Source: Octopus sinensis (taxonomy: Eukaryota). From it: a stretch of DNA of 64,000 nt. The position numbers and the translations under genes are program-made. This document shows positions 27,150-39,699 of this stretch, piece after piece (the stretch's first letter is position 1; each line of letters begins with the position of its first letter). The notes beneath the pieces were generated by a model. It saw nothing but the letters and a program-made list of their open reading frames with translations, was not told the DNA's origin and did not search any database. Where the stretch lies: contig NW_021833301.1 of assembly GCF_006345805.1 (NCBI RefSeq), positions 11,672 through 75,671 of the forward strand, in the 5' to 3' direction.

Positions 27150-27493
27150 ATATATATATACATGAATACATATATGCATACAATACATATAGCAAGAGAG
27201 AGAGGGAAAGAGACACGGACAGAGAGAGAAAAAGTGACGTATATAAAATAGATAGCTAACTAGAATAACCAAGGTTAGAAGGAAGCATGAGAAAATATTG
27301 CTGGAAGGTGAAAGAAAGGCATTTGAAAAGAATCAACAGACAAACAAAATGCTTAAATTACAATGTTAATGATACATTTATTTTGTAAACAATGTAATTT
27401 TGTTTTAACTAATTATCCGAGAGAAAATGATAAATTTAATGTAACCTTTTCTAAATACAGTTCACAAATCATTGTCGTTGTTGTTGTTGTTGT

Positions 27494-27524
<31 letters not shown>

Positions 27525-27678
27525 AATGACGATGACGTTGTTGCTGTTGTTGCTGTAGCTGTTGTTCTTCTTCTTTTTCCTTTTCTTCTTTTTCTCTTTG
27601 TTCTTGAAGTTATCCGTACAACTTTATGTTTTGGTTCGGTATTTTACTTGTTGCTAACGATGATGAGGATGATGATGA

Positions 27679-27737
<59 letters not shown>

Positions 27738-27890
27738 TGTTGTATATATTATATATATATATATATATCTATATATATATATATATATATATAACGGGAA
27801 GCTTTATGAAAATAAACAAAAGACGAAGGCAGGTGGAAAACAAACGAACAATTGTATTAGTATGGCGCCAGGAAATATAAATAAAACAAG

Positions 27891-27928
27891 TCTTTAACGT
27901 TTCGAGCCTACGCTCTTCAACAGAAAGA
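27891..27928 (-). ncRNA. Minimal HHR-like motif, A6U core variant
   Basis: TCTTT-CTGTTGA-A-GAGC GTAG GCTC-GAAA-CG-TT-AAAGA; tail runs to (TA)n at 27793. Confidence 0.7.
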
Positions 27929-28236
27929 TACACAGAGAGAGAAAAACACACACATACATACATATATACATATATACGCATACATATATATATGTATATA
28001 TATATGTATATATATGCGAATATAAACAAGAAGGGTAGTAATATTAGTTACTACCAGGTGCCCAGCACAAAAGACGAATTAGTCATAAGACAAAATATTA
28101 TTCATATAGAAAAATATTATTCATGTAGTAATACAATTAAGGGCTCCTAAATTAGGATGCCGAGTGCTGGGAACACAAAAAGGAGATGAATTTATCGAGA
28201 GTGAAAATCAAAAACGTTTACCGATAACTTTAACAC

Positions 28237-28310
28237 CTCGGACTGATCAGTTTCTGCCTCTTTCTAGCAAAACACAGAATATGTTTGCTAAGGCTGGCTT
28301 CATCAACGAG
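28237..28310 (-). ncRNA. Hammerhead ribozyme motif with extended helix II
   Basis: CTCG-TTGATGA-A GCC..TAGCAAACA/TGTTTTGCTA..GGC A-GAAA-CTGATCAG-TC-CGAG; 10-bp palindrome ACTGATCAGT; GUC site. Confidence 0.75.
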
Positions 28311-28484
28311 TCGCCTAAATTGAATCGAGGTCTGCAGCGTATATATATAAATATATATATAGCAATAATAAATCTTTGAGCGTGACGTATACAGTAGCAG
28401 CACGGACATGTCTTCCTGGGGCTATAAACAACAGTAGCATCGTCCCCTATAGATCCACCACATTTAGGTGGCAAATATACTTCA

Positions 28485-28540
<56 letters not shown>

Positions 28541-28980
28541 CTGTGTTCTAATGTGCCATGAATAACAATAAATTAAGAGGCATGAACATCCCTCAACCTC
28601 ATTCCGTTTTGATAAAGATTTCGGCATTATATCTAGATAAGTCATTAAAGAAATCAATACTTTTTAGTTAATCAGACTTATGATGAATTGTTCTTGCAAC
28701 GACCATCTGTCTTCATTGTAGATATTACATTATTCATCGTACGTTCATTTTATTTGTCGGTAGGATGGAACATGAAGAAAGTTTGGCTATAATTTTCTTG
28801 CACGAAGACTCCGTATTTCACAATTTAAGACCAACAATTTAAGCCAAAATTTAAAGGTGACAATGACCTGTTTTCTCCAGAAGATTCAAATTTTCGTTTT
28901 TCTCATCAGATGCGCCATTCAGAAACCTAGAACGTCACCATACCTTGAACACGTTTGCTATTAATATTTAGTGTATTTTA

Positions 28981-29970
28981 AGGCGGCGAGTTGGCAGAAA
29001 CGTTAGCACGCCGGGCGAAATGCTTCGCGGTATTTCGTCTCTCTTTACGTTCTGAGTTCAAATTCTGCCAATGTCGACTTTTCCTTTCATCTTTCCGAGA
29101 TCGATTAAATAAGTACCAGTTACGCACTGGGGTAGATATAATCGACTTAATCCGTTTGTCTCTCCTTGTTTGGCCTCTCTGTGTTTAGCCCCTTGTGGGT
29201 AGTGAAGAAATAGGTGTAAGGCGGCGAGCTGGCAGAAACGTTAGCACGCCGGGCGAAATGCGTAACCGTATTTCGTCTGCCGTTACGTTCTGAGTTCAAA
29301 TTCCGCCGAGATCGACTTTGCCTTTCACCCTTTCGGGGTCGATAAATTAAGTACCAGTTACGCACTGGGGTCGATGTAATCGACTTAATCCGTTTGTTTT
29401 TCCTTGTTTGTCCCCTCTGTGTTTAGCCCCTCGTGGGTAGTAAAGAAATAGGTATTTCGCCTGTCTTTACGTTCTGAGTTCAAATTCCGCCGAGGTAGAC
29501 TTTGCCTTTCACCCTTTCGGGGTCGATACATTAAGTAGCAGTTGCGTACTGGGGTCGATCTAATCGACTGGCTCCCTCCCCAAAAATTTCGGGCCTTATG
29601 CCTAGAGTAGAAAAGAAAAGAATATTTAGGGCATTTTAAGGCGGCCAGCTAGCAGAAACGTTAGCACGCCGGGCGAAATGGTTAGCAGTATTTCGTCTCT
29701 CTTTACGTTCTGAATTCAAATTCCGCCAAGGTCGACTTTGCCTTTCATCCTTTCGGGATCGATTAAGTAGCAGTTTGCGTACTGGGGCCGATCTAATCGA
29801 CTGGCCTCTTTCCCGAAAATTTCGGACCTTGTACCTTAAGTAGAAAAAATATATAGGGCGTTAAAACGCTGTAATTATTCCTTTCGTGGGCGATAAATTA
29901 AGTACCTGTTAAGTACTGGGGTCGATCTAATCAACTGGCCCCCTCCCTCAAAGTTTCGGGTCTTATGCTT
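28981..29970 (+). mobile_element. Chain of SINE family B units
   Basis: Heads at 28981, 29219 and 29638, a headless unit at 29451 and a terminal fragment. Confidence 0.9.
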
Positions 29971-30994
29971 AGAATATTTAGGGCGTTGTACCTGAAAATT
30001 ATTTTAAATAAACATTGAAAATAGTTCAGTTCTCCACATGCTGACACTCTAGCGTGATTCATATTTCGGTTGAAGATGTATCACTTTATTAACGCTATCA
30101 ATGCTCCATCGAGATCCTAAAAACATTTTCTTTGTCCTACCTCCGCTAAAATAGTGTCCTTTCGTTTTACACACGGAGATATTAAAAATGGCATTTAATA
30201 ATGGGAAATAGACTGATACGAGAATTAAAACTAGGTTCTAGACATGTGCCAATCACGTTATTCATCTTACCAGGCAGAGAACTAATCACTACACTCTATC
30301 GTTTCTTATCCCCTAAATGTCTTACCTGTGAAATGTGTTCTCTGTACATATATTTCTTACAGTCATCGGCTTCCAACTAATAGGATCCTTTCTGTTGCTA
30401 TATTATATTGACATTAATACCGTTAATTTTAATTACACAACTGCCTATCGGCTGTGGATATCACGCCAAGACAAGTAACTCAGAATAATGTAGTGTGTGC
30501 CGTTAGTTATAGAAATGGTAATGATGTTGGTGGATAAATAGCAAATTAAGAAACGAAGAGGAAAAAAGTAAGTATATAGAGTTAGAGAGAGAAGAATGTA
30601 TAAAGATTGAGATAGAGAAAGGTTGTAAGTAAGCGTGAGAGAGATGAAAAGGAGAGTTGCAGAATTAGCGAAATCAATGAGATATTAATACGAAAAAGAC
30701 GAGTAACACAATAGCGAGAGAGAGAGAGAGAAAGGAAAAGAAAAAAATGTGTTATGGTGAAAGCCAGAGAAAAAGAGAGAGGAATTTGAAGAAAATATAA
30801 ACGAGAGAGAGAGAGAGAAAAGAGAGCGAGAAAAAGGGAAAGAGAGAAAAAAGTGAGAGAAAGGGAGAGAGAAAGCGGGAGAGAGAGAGAATAAGAGAAT
30901 AGAACAGCAGAGACGTCGGCAATATTGCTATTCATGGTAGTGATAATGGCGACGACGAGGTTGTTAAGAATAATGGAAAGTTTTGTTGTCGTTG

Positions 30995-31043
<49 letters not shown>

Positions 31044-31914
31044 GGTGGTAATGATGTTTGTTGTTGGTTGTCATAGAAGCTGTTGTCGCGTGCGAGACGG
31101 ATCCGGCTATCGGCCGAGTGCATCGTGACGATTGCACCACAATCCACCTCTAACAAGGCAGGGTGGGTAACGCTCCTCTGTCTAAGTGGCTATGACGGAA
31201 GAGCTTGTGTGGTGGACGAGGTCGAAAACATTGAGGACAGACACCTTCCTCTTCAGCCAATCCTTCATCTTTTTTTTTTTTTTTTTTTTTTTAATTTCCA
31301 CTTAGAAAGGAAAGTAAGGGGCGAAGAATGAATTGCTTTCTCGCAATGAATCTGTCAAAAGTTGGGTGACTGTTACAAAAATGTTACGCTCGATACAACA
31401 ACTCTTGTTGATTGGAGAAAAATAACTGGGCGAGGACTTCTGCCCTCAGTGGCCAGGACAATCCTGGATTTGTTGGATTGTTTAATTGGCCCTAGCTGGA
31501 GTCCCTTCCTCTAACATCAACATTGCATGGTAGAAGTGTTCACACATCTTGTATACTAAGCGTACTTTTTATTTCATTTCTCTCGCCTTTCCCTTCTGCC
31601 CCCTATCTTTTATGTAAAACCCGACGCATTCATCTGATTCCCGTCCATTGGACACTTTGCAACAAGTTTGGACTTGACAGAGCAAAAGTTTGGTACGACC
31701 TGAAGGCATCCTGGAAAATAGAAATGCAAAGATCCTATGGGATTTTATGATTCAGTGCGGCCATGAGTTAGAGAATAGGAAGCAAGACATAGTCTTAATT
31801 GAGAAAGAAAACAAATTATGCTTGATCATAGATATAGCATGCCCCAGCTGAAAAAAAAGTATGCGATAAGGAGGAAAGAAAAGTCGAGAGGTTAGCTTAG
31901 GAAGTTAAGCAGCT

Positions 31915-33098
31915 GTGGCCGATGAAAAAGGTGGTGATGGTAGTGGCACGGATTGCGGTAGGGGGGTAGCAATGGTGGCGACGGCAGCAACGGTGACGCT
32001 GGCGGGGGCAGCCGCCGTGGTGATGGTGGTGGTGGTAGGTTTTCATAGTAATGGTGACGACTACGACGACGACGACGATGATGATGGTGATGATGACAAT
32101 GATGCTGCTGATGGTGGTGGTGGTAGTGGTGGTGGTGGTGGTGGTGGTGGTTAAATCACGAATGGGTGGCGGCAATGGTTGTGACGGCAGCAATGGCGAC
32201 GATAGCGGCGGTAGCGCTATGGTGATGGTGGTGATGGTAGTCTTCACTGTAATGGTGACGACGAAGACGACGATGATGATGATGGTGGGATGGTGGGATG
32301 GTGGGGTGGTAGTGGTAGTGGCGGTGGTGGTTTTTGGTGGTGGTGGCACAGATCGCGATGGGATGGCGGCAATAGTGGCTACGGCAGCAACGGTGACGGT
32401 GACGGCAGCAGCGACCATAGTGATGGTGGTGGTGGTCTTTTACTGTAATGGTGACGACGAAGGTGACGACGACGATGATGATGGTGCGGGTGCTGGTAGT
32501 GATGGTCGTGGTGGTGGTGGTGGTGGTGGTGGTGGTGATGGTGGTGTTGGTGATGGTGGTGGTGGTGGTGGCAGTTTTTCATGGTAATGGTGACGACGAC
32601 GACGATGATGATGCTGATGGTGATGGTGGTGGTGGTGGTGGTGGTGATGGTGGTGGTGGTGGTGGTGGTGGTGGGAGCGGTGGCGATGGTCGTAGCAGTG
32701 ATGGAGTTGTAATTGTTGCGAAGTGGAAGCGTGGAGGATGAGCCACTTTTATATCTGTTGCTGTTCCTCCTGTTGCCGTTAGTTACTGTATCTGGTTGTT
32801 ACGGTTAATACTGTTGCAACTCCTACCACGTCTGCTACTGCTGCTATTAATGCTGCTGCTGATGGTGCTGCTGCTGCAATCGTTGTTGTTGTTATTGTTG
32901 TTGTTGTTGCACCATATATAAACAACACATCAATAAACTTAGCCTACGGCTTTGATGTTTTTCAAAGATTTCGTGTCTTGTATTTAATTATATAAATTAA
33001 CAATGATGGAGAGTGTAAGACAAGGGGGGGGGATAATCACCTTGGTGTTGCTGTTGGTTTACCATGGAAATGATGGATGTAGTGGTGGAGGTTGTGGT

Positions 33099-33135
<37 letters not shown>

Positions 33136-33290
33136 GTAGTGGTGTGATGGTGGTGGTGGTGATGGTGTTGGTGGAGTTTTTGTTACCGGGCAGATATGGT
33201 TAGCATGGCGACGATGATACTACAAGGATACAAATTATTATTGATGTCGGTTAAGCTGCTGCTGCTGCTGCTGCTGGTGTTATTATTGTA

Positions 33291-33326
<36 letters not shown>

Positions 33327-33498
33327 GGTGGTGGTGGTGGTGGTGGTAGTGACTGTGAGGGCGATGATGGAGGTGGTACGTCTGTTGATAGCAATTGTGA
33401 TGCTGGGTGTGTTGGTGATTGCATCAGAGGTCATGGTGGCGATTCTAGTCGCTGCACCAGTGGCAATAAGGATGTTCATGGTGGTACTGGTATTGTTG

Positions 33499-33529
<31 letters not shown>

Positions 33530-33600
33530 CCGTCATCGTTGTTGTTGTCGTTGCGGTTATAGTTGTGGTGGTCGTTGTGGTGATGGTAAAGATCATACGA
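31915..33600. repeat. Long GGT/GAT/GAC/GTT triplet mosaic
   Basis: Direct inspection. Confidence 0.9.
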
Positions 33601-33708
33601 GAATGTTGCTAGCTCTTATTGTTATTTAACCCCAAGTCAACCTGCCAGAGCAATCCTATAACCCACAGTATTCCATCCGTGACAAATTCAATTCTTTTTC
33701 CCTATATA

Positions 33709-34115
33709 GGCGTAGGAGTGGCTCTATGGTAAGTAGCTTGCTTACGAACTACATGGTTCTGGGTTCAGTCCCACTGCGTGGCACCTTGGGCAAGTGTCTT
33801 CTACTATAGCCTTGGGCCAACCAAACCCTTAGCGAGTAGATTTGGCAGATGGAAACTGAAAGAAGCCCGTCGTATATATGTATATGTATGTGCGTGTATA
33901 TGTTTGTGTGCTTGTGTTTGTCCCTCCAGCATTGTTTGACAATCGATGCTGGTGTGTTTACGTCACCGTAACTTAGCGGTTCGGCAAAAGAGGCCGATTG
34001 AATAAGTACTAAGCTTACAAAGAAAAAGTCCTGGGGTTGATTTGCTCGACTAAAAGAGGTACTCCAGCATGGCCACAGTCAAATGACTGAAACAAGTAAA
34101 AGAGTAAAAGAGTAA
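33709..34115 (+). mobile_element. SINE family A, full length
   Basis: Matches 2318-2732. Confidence 0.9.
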
Positions 34116-34344
34116 ATAGTATATGAAGAGAGCTTGGGACCGATAACGTCATCCAACGGAACCAATTTTAAGACTGTAAGAGTATGAATTGGGATTTTAT
34201 TGACTGCTGTTTCTTACAGTGGGAGAGTAGAAGCTCTCTAAATGATTACGATGTTGTTGTTATTATTGTTGTTGTTGCTGTTGATGTTGGTGGTGATGGT
34301 GGTGGTGACTAATAGGATAGCAGTTATACTTTAGCTAAAAATGT

Positions 34345-35067
34345 AGCCTGTGTGGCAAGTAGCTTGTTTACCAACCATATGTTTTTGAGTTCAGTCCCAC
34401 TGCGTGGCACCTTGGGCAAGTGTCTTCTACTGTAGCCTCAGGCTGACCAAAGCCTTCTGAGTGGATTTGGTAGAGGGGGAAACTAAAAGAAGCCCGTCGT
34501 ATATATATTTCTTTCACCACACCACCACACAACACCACCACACCACAACACACCACAACACAACACCACACCACATCGCACCACCCTACTCACACTAGCA
34601 TTCACCACTTCCCAGTACCCACACCCCACCACACACCACCACACCACACCACATCACACCACCCTGCACACACTAGCACTGACCACTTCCCAGCACCCAC
34701 ACCATCATCCACACACTTACGCATGCACACACCCACACGGCAAGGTAACCAGCCCCTATCCACACGCACATACACATTCCCACATACACACGCACGCGCA
34801 CTTCCATTTTGGGATCACCACTAATTTATTATCTCCCCTTCTCCCTAAATCTCCCGTCTGACCACCTCTGTCCGGCCATCGCCATTATCGACCGCTACCT
34901 ACTAAAGCTTTTTTTATATTTTCTGTCTGTTTCTTTCCTCATGTTCCTCTCTGTTGAGGAGCGTTGGCTCGACATTTAAAAGACTTTCTCACCTTCCCGA
35001 GCTTTAAAATAATGCACCTGTTTGTTGTTTATACACCTGTCTTCGTTTTTTGTTTTCTGTAAATTCC

Positions 35068-35157
<90 letters not shown>

Positions 35158-35275
35158 ATGATATATATATGTGTGTGGGTATGTTTCTATGTCTCTGTCC
35201 CCCTCACCATCGCTTGACAACCGATGCTGGTGCGTTTACGCACCGTCACGTAGCGGTTCGACTAAAATTCCGTTT
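34345..35275 (+). mobile_element. SINE family A interrupted in its linker by a PLE-like 3' end (about 34510-35070) with a decayed HHR at 34947-34982
   Basis: CTGTTGA-G-GAGC GTTG GCTC-GACA; tail homologous to the 27.8 kb and 38.1 kb elements. Confidence 0.75.
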
Positions 35276-35329
35276 TGCTTTTATACTTCTTAGATTTACT
35301 TCCACTCTATTATCCAATAATTCCATTCT

Positions 35330-35590
35330 GTAAGTCGGTGAGCCGGCAGAAACGTTAGCACGCCGGGCGAAATGCTTAGCGGTATTTCGTCTGCCGTTAC
35401 GTTCTGAGTTCAAATGACGCCGAGGTCGACTTTGCCTTTCATCCTTTCGGCGTCGATAAATTAAGTACCAGTTACGCCCTGGGGTCGATATCCTCAACTT
35501 GATCCGTTTGTCTGTCCTTGTATGTCCTCTCTGTGTTTTGCCCCTTGTGGGTAGTAAAGAAATAGGTATTTCGTCTGTCTTTATGTTCTG
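35330..35590 (+). mobile_element. SINE family B
   Basis: Matches the B consensus, including the AAAGAAATA|GGTATTTCGTCTG restart junction. Confidence 0.88.
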
Positions 35591-35605
35591 GTTTTGTCTC
35601 GAATT

Positions 35606-35640
<35 letters not shown>

Positions 35641-37684
35641 TATATATATATATATTATAATATATATATTATAATATATATATATATATATATTGTATCT
35701 ATTGATATATATAGGCTACAACAATTTCTCAGACGTTTCAAGCGTCCAGTGCTATATACGTTCTTATATTTCTTTTTTCCTTTCTTTTTTTTTAAGCCGA
35801 GTCCCCGAACTATGAAAACTTAAATACCCATCTCTTCGGGGGATGATACAAAGATAAATCTCATGAGGAAATTCGTTTTTATCTATATAATCCATCGTCT
35901 ACACATATTACCCCCCCCTCCTTTACATTGTGACTTCATTTCAGCCGATTTCGTCTTCGTCAGGTTTTTGTAATTTTTTTTTTTCATTATTTCATCTATC
36001 TCTGTCTTCCGGTGTCAATAAAATAAATACCAGTAATGTACTGAGGTCGATGAATACGTAACCTTATGCTTATCTTCCAAGTCATTATATGCAATTAAAG
36101 AAATTTGATCAAGATAAATACAACAAAAGTAAATATAAAAAATAGCAACAAGAAAAAGAGAACAAAAAAAAACAAAAAAAAACAATGCTGTTAATAACAT
36201 TGATAATGGCTGAATTATTAATTAAACGGAGCTGTAAGATGCAGAAGTATTAAAAAGAGTAACCACCTCTACCAGCTCAAGCTCAATAGCTGATTAAGCA
36301 TCAGGCAAGTAATTAGCAAGCCTGGTGGGGCTTTCTTATCTATTATTCTTTTCGTTGTTTAAGATCGTTTGATCATCTCTAAAAGTGCATATTGCTTCTT
36401 GCGGTACCATCACTAATGCCAACATCGCCGCCGCTGCTGCCTCCGCCGCTCTCGCCGCAGCATCGGCTTCACCAAGACTGGCGCCAGCATCAGCACCAGT
36501 ACCAGTTGCAGTACAGGCACCACTACTACCACAACCAGCACCACGACCAGCACCACGACGACCACGACCACTTACCACGTTAACACCTTCGCTTCATCAC
36601 CTACGACCAACAACAAAAGTGAAAGTCACACGTGAAATATTCCTTACAATTAACATCAGCGATTAACTTTACTACTACCACCACCACCACCTCGACCAAC
36701 ACCACCACCACCACCACAACCACCACCACCATCAACACTACCACTACGAACTTAAGCTACAGGCTGGAATGGTCAATTTTGTCGGTGGCCCTCCATTTGA
36801 TAGGGGCAGAAGGCAGTGCAACCTTTGTGTCTCCGAACTCTTCCATATTTTTTTGCCAGAGGCGGATGGTAAACGGGCTTTTACAGTCGGCTTTTCGATG
36901 CCCCCATTGGCGGCGTTACACTATCTGGCTTTAAATAGCGTTTATAAATAATCCGGCACCCATAGCCCTTGGTAACAAATTCTGAAATAGCCTTTAAGAT
37001 ATCTACGATTAACCACTGCAAGGGGAATTACTCCTGTAAGACAAACGGGGCTTGGTTTTTTCACAGCGGGGGTTTCCTTGACAAGGCAGGCTTAGATGAA
37101 CACCCACCCACATAAAACATAATATATTATTTTTTTTTTTTCTGCCACCCAACGGTTCTCACGGCAGTAGCCACTGACAGCCGAACGATCAAACGCACAC
37201 ACGTACACAAAAAATGTTTTCTACACCCTACGCCAACACACACTATATAGAACAGTATACACGCACACACGTCTCTAAGTAGATTTTTTCTCGCCCCTTA
37301 TAAAAACATCCAATATTCCTTAAATAGTCAGAACTTTATTCTCGGTCACAAAGAAACCTACACACCCTCACCCACATGATTGACCGATGCCTGACCCGTT
37401 AAATTCTTCAGCCACCGGTTCTCAACATACACTGATAACAGTTTCGCCATGGGCTCTTAGGAGCATAGTTCGATTTGTTTTTGCTCCGCCTCTGTTCTGT
37501 TTTTGTTTTTCCAACGGATTTTCTATTTTCTTCCTGAAGAGAAGACACAATGGGTCCCATTATTCAATCGGATTTTGGTAATTTGTGCCTTTCGAAACAC
37601 GTGTAGAATGAAATAAAACGATTTCTGTTCAATCTGCGTTCAGCTCCATTCTCTTTCTTCACCAATAATGTTTTATATATATAT

Positions 37685-38072
37685 ACTAGCAGTATCGCCC
37701 GGCGTTGCTCAGGTTTGTAAGGGAAATAACTATAAAGCATTTTTAGAGAGTTATAGCCAAAAAAAATAGCAAAAAAATGGAAAAAAAATGATGGTAATTT
37801 TTTTGAGAGTTAAAAAAGGTGGAGTTGCGTCCCCTAGACGGTCTGTGGTTTGGGTTTCTGATTCTCGACCCCATGTCGAATTTATCGATTTTTTTCAGAA
37901 CTGGGGGAACTTTTCAAAATTTTCGCTGCGTTAGTTTTGAATTATGACATTGGGCTATGTATGTGTCAAGTTTCATCAGAATCGGTTGAAAGCCGTGGTC
38001 AGAGTGATGGTACGAGAAAACAGACACACAGAAAACGCACAGACAAACTGCCGTTTATATAGAGATATATAT
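37685..38072 (+). mobile_element. Non-autonomous Helentron/DINE-1-like element (HINE), tentative
   Basis: ACTAGCAGTATCGCCCGGCGTTGCTCAGG start, GTCAAGTTTCATCAGAATCGGTTG block, CAGACA-rich end ACAAACTGCCGTTTATATAG; resembles the DINE-1/HINE layout (from memory). Confidence 0.55.
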
Positions 38073-38183
38073 ATATATATATATATATATTTAGGGAGAA
38101 TTCACAAAAAAACAAAAGACGAAGACAGGTGGCGTGGACAACAAACAGATGTATTAGTATAACGCTCGGGAAGTGAAAAAAGT

Positions 38184-38219
38184 CTTTAACGTTTCGAGCC
38201 TACGCTCTTCCACAGAAAG
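38184..38219 (-). ncRNA. Minimal HHR-like motif, A6U core variant
   Basis: CTTT-CTGTGGA-A-GAGC GTAG GCTC-GAAA-CG-TT-AAAG; tail to (TA)n at 38092. Confidence 0.7.
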
Positions 38220-38408
38220 GAACACACAAAGAAACAAGGAGAGAAAATAAAGAATGTGTAGTGGCTATGCCTGTATCTATGTATGTATGAGTATATGAGA
38301 ATATATATATATTGTGTACCGATCCGTGATAGAACACTCAACAAAAGTAGTACTCCATCTGGTGAGAGATAAATATTATCATTTTAAGTTAACAATACAT
38401 GTATTAAA

Positions 38409-38459
38409 GCGCTACTAATAGTGTCATATTTTGCGAGAACCCAAACATTCTTCAGGCGC
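38409..38459 (-). ncRNA. Hammerhead ribozyme motif (one core substitution)
   Basis: GCGC-CTGAAGA-ATGTTTG GGTTCTCG CAAAATAT-GACA-CTATTAG-TA-GCGC. Confidence 0.6.
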
Positions 38460-38870
38460 AAACTACATATCATAACGAACTTTTAAAAAATTGATTGAAT
38501 AGCAGAAACGCGTTGAAGCTGAGAAGGCAGCATATAGAAAACGCCGGCAGTAAACAACGAAAAACGGAAAACGAAACTAAAGTGTCTAAAGGTAATATGT
38601 GGTATCCCCCTTAGGCTTTAAATGATAAGGCTGGGAACATGTCAAGTCAGTCAGGAATAGGCAGAATTTTCCAATACTTCAAAATATATTTATACACATG
38701 ACGGCAAAAGCTGAAACTTTCTGACCTGGAGTTATGATATGTGATATTCGCCTGCAGAATATCTTTAAGTTCTCTCAACATATGGAACTATAGTAATGCT
38801 TTAATACACGTACTGTAACGTTTAAATAGTTGTAATAATACTAATACCAATATATATATATATATATATA

Positions 38871-38911
<41 letters not shown>

Positions 38912-38953
38912 TGATATATGTTTTAGTATATGATTATAAATATACAATCTATA

Positions 38954-39118
38954 GGCGTAGGGGTGAATGTGTTGTAAGTAGCTTGCTTACCAGCCACATG
39001 GTTCCAGATTCAATTCCATTCTGCGTGGCATCTTCGGCTAGTATCTTCTACTATAGCTGCGGACCCGATTAAAGCCTTGTGTGTGGATTTGGTAGACAAA
39101 AACTGAAAGAAGCCCGTG

Positions 39119-39157
<39 letters not shown>

Positions 39158-39335
39158 CGTGCGTGTGTGTGTGCCTATGTTTGTCCCCCCACCATCGCTT
39201 GACAACCAATGCTGGTGTGTTTACTTCCTCGTAACTTAGGACTTCGGCAAATGTGACCGATAGAATAAGTTCGACTAAAGACCGTGGTCCAGCATGTCTG
39301 CAGTCAAATAACTGAAACAAATAAAAGAATCAAAG
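38954..39335 (+). mobile_element. SINE family A
   Basis: Matches the A consensus with an internal deletion. Confidence 0.85.
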
Positions 39336-39699
39336 AATTATATATAATTAAGGGCGCTGGACGGACAACACCTATTCGCCAGAAGTAGATGTCAAATATC
39401 TACACATCACTCTAAATTTGTTGTAATTTTTTGCAGAAGGAAATGGAAGATGTCGTGTTTTATTGCAAGGAAATGGAAAATTTCGTGCTTTATTATGAAT
39501 ATATATATATATGAGCCTGTAGCTCGAAATATATATTCGATCATTCCTTCGTCATGTTTATGTGTGTGTGTGTATGTGTGTGTGTGTGCGTGCGTGTGTG
39601 TGTAAAAATATATATGTAGTTTTGATATATATTGAATTGAACTGAATTGAACTAGTTTCAGCTCATGAGCTGTGGCCATGCTGGGTTACCGCCATTTGG

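Noticed and set aside
28676-28713. ATGATGA-ATTG..CAAC-GACCATCTGTC, a possible decayed HHR (similarly 25727-25768, 41780-41815 and 3225-3275)
   Set aside because: Each has three or more core mismatches and a weak helix I, so they cannot be told from chance without family consensuses.
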